DNA from: Trichinella spiralis
Lineage: Eukaryota
DNA: 64,000 nt
Direction: 5' to 3'
Assembly: GCF_000181795.1 (NCBI RefSeq)
Contig: NW_003526943.1
Span: forward strand, 4,491,228-4,555,227
The notes beneath the pieces were generated by a model that was not told where the DNA came from, ran no database searches, and worked only from the letters and a program-made list of their open reading frames with translations. The position numbers were made by a program, and so were the translations under genes. Positions 25,737 through 38,300 of the stretch are shown one piece after another. How positions within the stretch are numbered: position 1 is the stretch's first letter; each line of letters opens with the position of its first letter.

Positions 25737-26941
25737 TCACAGCGATAACGGAAAAACAAGTCGATTGAATGCATATGGCGATGAAGACATCAAACCCAAG
25801 GTTTGAGGCGACGGATGCCAAGCAGCTAAAGGTTGAGTGGGCACGGCTGGCGGTAGAACCATCAACTGAGGAGCCAGTAGACCCGGAGTTGTTAAGATTC
25901 CTCCACCATAGGCGGAGGCTGACCAAAGTGCACTTTGAGCTTGCAGATTCAACGCCGGGAGTGACAACATCAAGGGCGTCGGTGCGACTAGGGGTGGTTG
26001 TGTGGTAATTTTCTCTTCCGTAGGTTCCGTGGGTTCTTGGGTACAGTTCAATTTTTCGGCAGTTTCCACAGCAGTTACTGGCGAAAGATTGAAATCAGAT
26101 TCTGACTTTTCGGTGGAGCTTTTTGGTCGTTTCATTTCTGAAAAATGATAATTTTGGAATAATTCTCTCTTTTTAAAATAACCAGATGTAAGCTTCAGAA
26201 TACCTGGATCATCATCAGCGGTTATGGCACGTTTTGCGTTTCCAGATTCACGGAAGCCTTTTGCAAACGGATTGTGATCAATTTTCAGCTGAATCACCTT
26301 TTCATTTTGATAAGCAGTAACGGCGTAAAATTGAGTCTCAGGAAATGAACATCTAGCAACAATCTGGGACGCCCCGTTGGACGGATGCGGATAAAATTCA
26401 TGCAATCGAACAATACTTATCACGGGTATATAATGATGCATCGAGTGTAATAGAATCTAAAATTATTGACATGAGAAAAGATGCAAAATGCAAACTGATA
26501 ATATCATACGTGGCCTTGATTTCCGTGTGGATTGTTGGTCAATTTGAGCCTGTGAAAAGATATCGACTGCTTCATCCAAATTCTGCCTGAAGCCGGTGAG
26601 TCAGGATGCATGTACATTTGAGAGCTGGTCGCTTGAAAAGCAGACGGATCGGCTCGACCGGCCACTGCCCAACGTCCACTGCTGAATTTGTAACGCCACT
26701 CGCTGGTGGCGATCAGTTGCAAAAAGATGGAGTACGTTGCATTAGGATCCAAACCGGACGCGACGTAACGCAGGGTGGGAAACATCCGACGGCCGCCTTT
26801 TGTGACAATCATCTCGGTGCTGTGCTGGTGAAATTTTTTCCACAAATTTGCATTTTCCAACTCCACAGTCACGTTCTCACCAGACGGTGATGGTTTCTCG
26901 TCATTTGTGTCCTTTTCCTTATTCAGCATCATCATCATCAT
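25737..26941 (-). CDS. T-box transcription factor, three exons (subfamily unresolved)
   Basis: [92 protein letters not shown]. Introns at 26509-26457 and probably 26203-26138. Confidence 0.95.
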
Positions 26942-27129
26942 TGCGCCGTCGTGTATGCTGTTTGTTCACTGAAAGAGAATAGCAAAAAGTTGAACGTCAA
27001 AAATGATAAAGCAAAAGAAGCAACAGCCAGCGGATGAATAGAAATAAAAGAATGGAAAACTATGGCCCGTCTTCTGGTTTTATTATTATTATTATATTTA
27101 TTGTTATTTTTTATTTTTTTGGATGACCA

Positions 27130-29820
27130 AGCGCGTTAGCTCGTTAGCACGCCCACTGATGGCTTTTACGCTTGTAGAAGCAGCGTTGCAATTGCACAGC
27201 GCCGTCTACTGTCGGAAAGGAAAAAGGCCATTTGCCAGCCACAAGGTGCCAACGGTTGACATGTCAGGCGCCATTGGTTGACCCGCGTAGGCGCCAACTG
27301 GCAATTCCATACAAGCCGACAAGCCGAAAGACGATACAATCGGCAAGAATGAATGGAAAGGGGCGCCGGTCAGCCGGCGTTAATTGAACAATTTCCTGTG
27401 ATAAATATCTGCAAAAACAATCGACGAATATCGGCTATCCACAAACAATAAAGTCTTATTATTTTGTTTTTATACTTGAACTTATACCCTTATATTTACA
27501 ATATGCAGTATTTATGCTAATAAGCAGAAATACAAAAAAAATACATGCATATCGCCATTATAGAGCAGCTTATCGAAAAGTGGCGAGTTTTATGTAATTT
27601 ATAAATCGTTCTATCCGAATGAAAATTTGGAATCACGTTTAAAATTAAATATTATCATCAAATGAAAGAGTGAATGAAATGTGTTTTTTTTCAAAATTTA
27701 CCCACTTATTATATTGAAGTTATTCTATTGCTGCGGTGGGAAAATAAGCAGACAAAGGTGATCAGGTCGAAAAGGGTGGACGATTGATTGCCAACGGCGC
27801 CGGTTCACCTCTTGCAAAGAGTTAATGATGACGTATGCTAGTTTTCTGTCGCCGATTTGACACATCTTCATCGCATGGAACTGGGTCACAATCAGCTAAT
27901 AAATCTTCTCAGCTCTTGACTTTTCAATCAATTCATTTTTCCGCAATAACCAAAAAAACAAAAAGATACATCAGAAAATCCAGTAATAATATATTCAGCT
28001 TATATAATTTCTTCTTCAAAGCAATCATGCATGCTATTGAAAGTAAAGCTTATTTTGCCATTGGTCATATTTAGATGGTTTTTTGCTGAATATAAAACTG
28101 TACAGCTTATTCCAATAAATAATATATAAGCATAAATAAAGTAATTGTTTAAAAATTAATTTTTTTTCTCATAATAATGATAATTTTTTAAGCTGTATTA
28201 TGGAATTTCGTTTTCAATGTTTATCATTGGAATAAAATCTCGTTCACCGATAAGTTGCCGCTGCTGACGATTGACTGACAAACTAATCTTTTGGAATTAA
28301 TGGATTTTAGCATATTTTGACAGATGAGTTTTGCTTGGCATCAATTTGTTATCTTTTTTATTTTTCCGTATTTTTTTGATCCATGAAATGTTCATAAATG
28401 TAAATTTTGATTTCAATTATGCATAAAGTTTCCTTGGTTTTTTTTTCTTTTATGTGAAACAATTGTATTATTTGTTGAATGAATATTGCATTTCTTTTTT
28501 CTGCTGAACAGATGTGTAATTTGAGTCTATTGACGATGAATAGAAAGCAACTGTGAGCGCTTGTGGATGTGGTTCGCGCCTCGATGAAGCTTTTTCAGCA
28601 CCGTTGGACAGCAAATGAGCAGCAATGGCCGGCCGGAAAATGAACAACGCTTTCAACGTTGCGCAAGCCGGCGTTAGCAGACAATGTGAAACAATGCCAC
28701 TCTGCGAGGGGTAGGGCAGCAATTGGTTCCGCTACGGCGGGCGGTCACTCCCAGCGGACGGGCACCAGTTGATGGTCGACCCGGCCGGTGGACATCTGCC
28801 CTCTTTGGTCACCACGGTCGATCCGCTTACCGAATCTCGAACAATGCTTCTTGTCCAGTGTTGATCTGGTTGGACAACCCAACCGCGAAATCTGACGCGA
28901 TCCAAAGCACCACCGTCGACCGTAGTGACCAGGGTCAATTGGGGCCCGGCGCCATGCTAACAATGGGGGTGGTCAGATTAGATGGCAAATTTGCACTGGA
29001 CGGCGCCATTTTGGAAAATTCGGAAATTTTGTTGACCCTTTCGGCGCCGGCTAACGCAGTTTTTTTGCCATGCGCTGAAGGTCGATTATTTGCAAGCCAC
29101 TTGTATGCCGGATGAGTGGCCCACTCAACCGTACGACAAAGTTTATGGGCGGTGTATTTTCTTTTCAATCCCCATTAAAAGTGCTCCTCATAACCACCGG
29201 CTACAAAGCCGATTAATTGTCCATTGGACAATTTGCCTTGCTCTTCAATCATACTACGAGTTTTTTCTTCTCTTTCCCATAAAAAGGACTTTTTTTCGCA
29301 CACACTACAGCATAGTTATTTATTTATTTTTGTTAATAATCTCATATATGATAATAAAGTCAACTTTTGTAAAATAATTCTGTTTCTAACTATTTAAAGA
29401 GAAATATTTTTACTACCGGGTTATACAAATAAAAAAATAATAAGGTATCTGCATTACTTTGTTATTCCATTAAATGATAAACTGTTCTACGAAAAATATA
29501 TTACACATGTCAATTGATCTTGAAGTATAAAGTGAAAATTGCAAATAAAAAGATAAAATTATCAAAGATGAAAATGAATAAATTTGATATATCAATTTTC
29601 AATTGATCTGAGGTCTGAGGAAATAAAAACAATACTGCTTTTTTGGTAAAAGTGCCGACAAGCTAAGCTGGATAGTAAGCTGCTGACTGATATCATAGTC
29701 AGCTGTTTGTATTTTTTGTCAAAATTGTTTTTCTTCTTGAACAATTGATGAACAACTGTGCTGTTGATTGGCAAGCCGCCTTTGACCGTCGGTTGACCGC
29801 ACGGCGCCGCTGTCAATCAC
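27130..29820. promoter_or_regulatory. GC-rich non-coding blocks upstream of the T-box gene (candidate enhancers)
   Basis: GC-rich islands at ~27130-27380, ~27760-27810, ~28540-29230 and ~29760-29820 in AT-rich DNA. They contain 8 GGCGCC copies and recurrent TTGACC/GGTCAA words, and no convincing protein. Confidence 0.5.
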
Positions 29821-30530
29821 ATTACGTGAAAAAATAACTATCTCAAAAGCAAAGCATTTCCTATTGAACAATTGGGCTTACTTTGATCTCACTCTTTGTT
29901 GGAAATTTCACTCTTAATGTAGTTAAAAATATATGCATACACAATGTATGCCACTGGAAATTTATAAAAGTATGATAAAGCACAAAACCGCAGCAAATTA
30001 TTTGCACATAATAAATTTTAAATTCTTAAAACACACTATCCTATGACATTGCTGTACACATTAATTTCAAGTTTATTTAAATTTTGAGTAACAAATTATG
30101 CATATTTAATTTTAACAGCACTTCTCTTTTTAAATTTTCAAGTAATGTATGCGATGAATATTATATTTACATGTTAAAAGACAAATAAAATATTCATTAA
30201 GCATTTTATTAGCGAAAATATTATTTATAATAATAATTTTTATATGAATAAAACTATACAAATATGGGATTTTTAAATATGCATTGTTTTAAAGTATTCA
30301 ATTTTTAAATGTAATCTTTCAATAACATGCTAAATTATTTGGCAATTTCAAATTTAAAATATATTTCAGTTCAACAATCTGTTGCATTAAATTATTACAA
30401 AACAGTTATACGTGATGATAATTTGCTTAGAAATTTTGCAACATCATTTTTATTTGAGCAAAATCAAAATGAAATATTTAATAAATTGAAAAAGAGGTTG
30501 GAAAGTTATCATTTTCGTTGAGGCGTAATG

Positions 30531-33137
30531 TCAAAAATCATCTTCTGCCATTGTCAAAGCTCTAGTTTCTTCGTTAGCTCTGAAATTGTCAGACGGTACA
30601 ATTTTACTGTATCGTACTGTTTTACGTTTTCGTTTCAAAATCAACCCGCTTCGCCACATGCATATTATTGTAATGAAAACTAGAATAATCAATTATTATT
30701 AATTTGAAAGTTTAAATTAATTTATCGTACAAATTAAAATGAAGAAAACTGACAATGCCGTTGCAACCACAATGTAAAATGGTGTATGAAATTCTGCTTC
30801 TACATCATGCTTGAATTCATGAAATTTTTCACCAATAATATTGAAAAGATGTTTTATTCCAACATTGGAAGAATCCTAAAAAATTTTGATAACTTTTTTT
30901 TTATTAACAAAATATTCATATAATAAATGAAGTAAGCAAACTTACAGAAGGTTTGTTCAATTGTCCAATTGCACTACTTTTGCATACATCTTCGTCGGTA
31001 AGATTACACTTTTTCATTACATTGTTCTCTGACAAATAATACCACTGCCAAATTCCAACTCTTGAAAATTAAAAAATTAATATATATTCACCTTAAAATT
31101 ATGCAATATTTCGCATTTCATACACACTTTTTAACGTATTCTTTTAATTTTTTGCATTTGCTGTTCATGCATTGTATAATTTCAGCAAACTGACGGCAAA
31201 TTGGCATACAATCATTTTGGGTTACTTCCCAGCAGAATACCTACATATAATAGCGATTGTGCTTTCAAGAATTATTACCAAAACTATTTTTCACATAATC
31301 TACAAACAGTACTATGCTTTAAAATTACTCACAGAATTTCGTTTATAAAATTCAGTTCCAAGGTAAATAGTAGCTGTATAATAAGCTGCTTCGATGATCT
31401 CAATCAGGCATTCGCTTTCGTCATCTTTTTCAAGCTCTAAAGCCGGTAGAATAATTTCTATAATATTTATATGCATTCCAACCATTCCACTGATTGTCGT
31501 ACTTAACTATAAAACAACGAAAGCAAAATATAAACATTTAGGATAATAAAAAGGTATTGCAATATTCAAAAAATTGTCGACAATGAATTGAATAATTGTA
31601 AATTTGATTGATTGTAAATTGAATTTTTTTGAAAAATATTTTCAACACTTGAAAACAATTGATATGTAATTTTGAAATATAGAACTTATTCAAAGTATTA
31701 AAATACAAATATAAAAAGCAGATATTGAATAGAAAATTAATTAAATAATTTGTAGAATGCTTTTTCAATTAAAAAAAAGAATCTGTACTTGGCTTCCAAT
31801 TCCACAAAGGCGTGCCATCCCTTCTGTGTTTTTCTGAAGACAGTTTCGAAATTCATTTATACTTTGCATATTCTTTCTCCAAATTAAAATAGTATCTTTG
31901 ATTTGTTGGGGTTGAATCTAAAATACATATAAATTTAAATATATCAAATGCAGTTGGCAATAATAATAGCAGTCTCTGATAACCAGATAATTGATTTATT
32001 TTTATGCAATCCTTAATTTTAGCAGTAAAAATATGGGTTTACATTTGTGACCTGTAATTTTTGCATTGAATTCTTAGCCAATTAATGTGAAAAATACAAA
32101 ATTCATTACATTATTGGAATCTTACATCGCTGTTTTCAAAATGTTCAAATTGTATAAAGAACTTTTGTTTTTACAAAAAAATAATTAATTTTCATGAACA
32201 TGAAAATCAATAAAAGTGTAAATAATGATTTTTCATTACACAGTACGTTGACGTGTCCTTGTAAAACTTGGACAATTAAAATTGCACTATTTAATAATCA
32301 GTAGAGTATTTTGTAAATTATTTTATTTTTATTAAATCAAAAATGTGTGACATTTTCTTTTGAACAATTTCATTCGATCATCATATTTTTTGCGTTTATT
32401 TCATTTCGTTCCATTAAATCATAAAACACATAAAAGGGTCTTATTATGCAATTTTTCACATTTATTACAATTTCTAGTCATGTTTCATGAACAGAATGGA
32501 ATTATTATTTTGATTCAGTTAGCCATTGAGATAGAACAATGAATGTCTGCGTAAATTTGGAAATTAAGCCGACAGTGTAAACAAAATCAATACTTCGATT
32601 GAAGGTAATGATGTTTGATGATTAAGCAAATTTGATTCTTTTAATTTTTTATTACTGAGAAAAAAACACAGAATTACTTACGTAACTTCGGCATTTTCCT
32701 TTTTTGCACTCTTCTACAAGTGTTTTCAATGTGTTGGAATTAAGTAGACCGTAATATAAGCCTTCACTTGGATCCACGTTCAGCAGAGATGAATTTTCCA
32801 AATGAGCACTTTTGACGCAAAATTTATACCTGTCGATCAAATCATCCGGCCAAGAGCACCCCATCACGTCTTTTATAATTTCTCTTTCCCCGTATAATTT
32901 TTTCCAAGGATTGAATTCGTCCGTTTGTGAAGTTTGATGTATCTGTGATCCTGCGGTCAGGGATGTTGTTTTATTTGGACTTTGAATATTGGTCGTAACT
33001 TGAGTAGAAGAAGTATTCACAACAGACTGAGTTGTATTTTGAGCTGAATTTACAATTGTCCCGTTGGTTTTTTCAACTGCATCCGATTGATAGAGTTTGA
33101 AAGTATAAAACAGAATTAGCATGAAATTGAGCTTCAT
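30531..33137 (-). CDS. Orphan type I membrane protein with S/T-rich and Cys-rich ectodomain (~7 exons)
   Basis: Signal peptide MKLNFMLILFYTFKLYQSDA. Exon 1 ends at 32682 and splices to ~31917 (IQPQQIKDT...). Further exons at ~31506, ~31240, ~31060, ~30875 and ~30679 give a TM segment (FYIVVATA..FITIICMW), a basic stop-transfer KRKRK and a tail VRYSKI...AEDDF*. Some junction phases are uncertain. Confidence 0.7.
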
Positions 33138-35337
33138 TGGAAAAGATTGGAAGAAGAGCATTTTCAACCAAGCCGCACTCTACAAGCTTTCATTGCATTG
33201 CAACAAAATCTCTTGAATCGTATTTTGAACACGTCGACAAATTATTTACATTCGGTATTGTATGCACTTTGTGCAGCTGTTCAAAGCTGATTGTTCCATC
33301 TCTCATAGCTTGGAAGTGTATTTAAATTGTAAACATGGCTTTCTTTTGCTGCCTGCAGTATTTTTGTCATTCACATTTACAGCTTTGTGACCGATAGAAA
33401 GAAGCATCATTGTTAATTTCTGTTTACTGTATACTATTCACTTGCGCTACAATAAAAAAAGAAAAGAAATATAAAATTGAAAAGTTTCATTCAGCATTCA
33501 TTATGCAGAAGCTTTTAAATAAGTCTGCTAATAATGTATCTTCAATTCACTCTGTTGAATTTCATTTAGCTTCAACTGTAAAAGGTTATTCTTTCCCATT
33601 TTTTACATACCTGGAAAAGGTAAGCACTTGTAATAATTGATCACAGTCATTACACATACACACACAGACACACAGACACTTGTAATTCCAATCATTATAA
33701 ATTAATATTATTCATCCTTTTCATTACTGTTTTATAATATTCACAAACAACACGTGCTAAATTTGTAATATACTGCTTGAAAAGTAAAGAAATATAAAAT
33801 TTATGTCCAACTTTTGATAAAATAATAAAATGTGATGAATCATAATGTGATCAAAATGTGATAATTATTGATCATTTTCTCAATAAATTCAGTGCTCTTA
33901 GTAAGCCAATAATTAGTAAAAGATGCAATAATTATTTGTTTGATAAAAATGCTTACCAAAAGTAAAATAAATATCACTTTTTGTCAGCTTCTATTTTCAA
34001 ACCATTCATACTTTTTGATTTTTGATCAAGTTTTGTTGGATGTAAATATTCCCACAGTGGAAAGGTTGCGTGCGTGATAAATGATCTTTTTTTAACTCAT
34101 TGAATTGAAAGATGAAATAGCATCTGATGAAAGATGAGTATCGGCAATCATGTGTCTTAGAAAATTGGCTTAATGTAAAAAATGTGAATTTTCCAGAGTG
34201 AATATGACGATTTAGAAAATGCTAAGCAAACATTATTATTTATCATTGTCAAAAATTTCATCAGTATTTTTGAAAACATGTTGAATAAATGTTGCACCTG
34301 AGAAATAAGGGGGATATTTTTTCATACAATGAACAGAAAATACAAATATTCTATTTAAATGTTCGATGAATTGATTTGCAGGGGCTTTGTTATAAAAACA
34401 ACTTGAATACTTATTCATTCACTGACTATCAAGTTTGGTACAGTAATTTACTGTTTCGTTCACTTCAAAATTAATAAATATACATAAAGTTTGATATTTG
34501 TGAAACTTTAATAAATATAATTCAAAAAATAAATCCATATTAAAAAAATAAATTTATTTTTAACTGCTTTATTATTATTATTTTGTTGAAAATGACAAGC
34601 AAGAAATAATAAATATGCTGATGCTTTGTTGTCGAGATGATTTCATTTTACAAATTGAAACTATTTTACTGAAATAATTATTATTTATTCAAATTTCATA
34701 ACTTAAAAATTTATATTAAAAATTATTATTTCAACTTACATTTGACATTTTAACTGTTCATGTAGTATAGCAATTAATTTAAATTTTAAAGGCTTTCAGA
34801 AAAGCTATGAGAAAAAAAATAATATTTGATAGTGTCTTCAATACTCACAGTCTTAATAAATCCAAAATGATTGATTCAAATGAGTCATGCTGAATTAGTA
34901 ATTGACGCACTACCGGTTTGCCGTTTGGTAAAGCTAATTGCTTTATTTAGTACAACATTGACGAAAGCGTCATTTCAACTAGACCGCATAAATTTATGGT
35001 GCTAAAGCCGTAGTGGTTGTTATTGATGAATGAATGCATTGATGCAAGCATTCAATCACGCTGTGCTTTATTTTAGCAAAGCTATGCTGATGAACATTTC
35101 AAGATGTTGGAAATTTTTCTTCATATATGCTAAATCTGATGCAAAAATGTGGTTTCTTATCAATTATATCGATAGTTTGCTTGTCAGGTTTTTCTGACGC
35201 AACCTGGGAATTACAAAGTTTGAAAATTTAATTTTCCTTAGCATTATGTGATTAGTGTGAGATCTTCTAGAATAAAATGCCTTTCAAATTGAACTTATAT
35301 TTGAAGTGATTTTCTAAATTGCATAACTACATCAACG

Positions 35338-35364
35338 AAGATGAGGATGATGATGATGATGATG
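35338..35364. repeat. (GAT)n trinucleotide repeat
   Basis: gatgaggatgatgatgatgatgatg is directly visible. Confidence 0.8.
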
Positions 35365-38300
35365 CACAGTGCTTAGTTATAATAATATATACAGCTTACA
35401 AGTCTCGTTTGTTTCAAAGCCAAAGTATTTAAAGGTAGGAATTTCTTTTTTTTATTGAAACATAATTTTTTCCTTCTATTCATTAATATTTTTTTTGTCT
35501 TGTAAATATTTATTTTTGTGCAATTTTTATTTCTTGATGAGTTTTAGATTATTCAAATTCATTGCTAATTTTAATTTTATCTCGTTCATTTTGATATTTT
35601 ATTTATTACCTGAAGTTGAATAAATGATACTAATGAGCTTGTTTGTAATCATAATACTTTGTATAGGCGAATGATTCAAAAAATTCAATAATTTTTTTTG
35701 CAAATTTCTTTTAATTCTTTTCTTTAATTCAGTTACAAACTGAAAACAGGAAACTCGTGACTTGAGATTATATGAAGGGAATAAAAAATAAACGGAAATC
35801 GACCTCTTACAAAATGATTTTGAATAGTTGCACAAAGAGAGAATAAAAGTGTAAAGATTTTTAATAATTACTTACAACAAAACAAAACAAAAAAATAAAA
35901 TACTTTTTCGCCTTATTTCATTGCTGTTATATAAAACTAATTGCTTTAAGTAGAATAATTCTGCCTTTAATCCATTACTGATTTATTGTATTTTTAATCA
36001 ACATTCATCTTTTTCAAGGATTGATTATTATTTTCTACTTTAAATTCTTTTAAAAAAGATTAATTTCATGACCTATGATAAAGTTATGAAATATATGGCC
36101 TTTAAATAAAAATGTTTGGTTTTCACAGTAGAATGTTTTCGCAATTGTTTAAACGGTGCAATGTTAGCAAAGCTATTTTTATGATAACAAATTGTTTTAC
36201 ATATAAACTACTGAAAATTTATTAGCTGAGCTGTTCGTAGTATGACTGTTATTTTGATTTGCTTCCATGTATTTTATTTTTGATGATTCCCTGATAAAGA
36301 CTCAGCACCTCCAAACGTACTTATAGATGACTGACATTTAATCCAGCAAACATTTTGCTAGCTTATAATTATATCATTATGACTAATTACAGCTTCACTG
36401 GTTCTACTGGTATCAAAATTCAAATTGATGTTTTTTCCAATTACTCTGATATGACAAAATGATACTGTTTTTCTCTGTGCCATGCAAAATGCACGTTAAT
36501 CCATTTTCCATTCATCTTCTTTACTACTAAAGTGTACTACATAGCATTATAGAATTCAAGTCAAATTAAATTCGAAAATTCTTTTTTGAAAACTGAAATA
36601 TTTCATTCAAAAACAATCAAAAAGTTAATTACATCTTATTGAACATAATTATGCATGAATTGCCAATTATATGTAATTATTTGTATTGTTTCCTTAAATT
36701 TTTAGAAATAAAATTTCAATTTCATTCTTATATGCATCAAGTTATCCCAGTTAGCTTACGCTTTAGCAAATATTTTAAATAATTTTCTGGAACTTTTAAT
36801 AATTATTTTGATAAGAAATTAATATCTAAAAGTATGTTAAATATTACAAACATTTATAGCAAATGAAGTGCAACAAAAGAATTTTCGTTTTAGTTTATGC
36901 AGCATATTATTATTATCCTTTTAGAATTTTATTATTACAATATTAGCACATGTAAAATGATTTGCAAGACATTCTTACTGTATGCATATTTTAATTTACT
37001 TGGAAATAGTCATTCACATTATGAAATAAAGATGGAAATATCTATGATTGAATAAAAGGTGAAACAGTCTTTCCTCCTGCTTCTCTCAGTTATATTTACT
37101 GCTCTATTATTGTACAGCATATCGCCATGTATATGAGATGATTATGAAACGGCTTATTATTTACTGCTTGCTCACTGTTTACACACAAAGGGCAGTAACT
37201 AACCTTTTATACCAATCTAAAAATAATGTTCCGATCAATGATACACAAATTTAAATTACTATAAAAAGATATTACACAACAGATTTCATTTTTCAGGTGA
37301 GGAATATTTCTGATCGGTATGTTTCTTAAATTTCAAATTTCTGAGTAAATGTACTTTCACTTCAAATGAGTAAGTAATACAATTTATTTTCTTTCTTAAT
37401 AAAAAGTGACATTTCACTGCTATTTGTGCCATTTGAGACATTTCAATTTAAATATTATCTTTACTTTTCTAATAATGAATAATGTTTTCATTTTCTACAA
37501 ATGCAATTCACCGAGCGAACTGAAAGATTAAAAGAAATTTTAGAAAATATCATTTGTATTATAAAAAGATTATTTGCAACTTTAATGATCTGCTTGCATA
37601 ACTTGGCATTACAAATCATAATTCTTTAGTTAAGCAAATCATCTATTCATTATGTATGTTATCATTTACCAGTGGTAATTTGCTCACGTTTAGTTGAAAT
37701 GAATTACTAGCTGATAATATTTATAATTATTTACCTATAAAGTGAAAATTATTTTTGTATACTATTTATTATTTTAAATCAGTCAATGTATTGCATTTTT
37801 GCTTTGATTCAGGGACATATTTATATATTCAATATTGTATTTCATATATATATATTCAAATGTTTCATATATTCAGATATGAGGAAATAATCATCCGTAC
37901 AATTTGACAGGATAAATGGTCAAGTTTAATTAATATCATTCAGTTTTTTGTTTTGTTTCTGCTTCAGTAAATATCATTCCTGAATACCATAATTGTTTAA
38001 TTCAGTTTTCAGAAGTACAGAATTCAGAATTTGAATTTAAATCTTACAACGTCTAATCTTTATTATTCTTAATTTAATTAGATTTTTTTAGAATCTTTAA
38101 ATTATAGTAATATATACTTTTGATTTATTTTGTTCAGTGCAAACTACTAATTACATTGTTTTCATGTTTATCTGTTAATAAATTATTTGAACATCTGGGA
38201 AAGAAGTACAACTTCCTGTTAATCAATAAATGTAATCATATTAGATACTTCTTTTGTTGGCAGATATATTGCTATACATGAGAACATATTACTTCAAAAG

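Noticed and set aside
28468..29377. Cluster of short ORFs as protein-coding genes
   Set aside because: Mostly non-ATG starts, overlapping on both strands, with no motifs or splice pattern.
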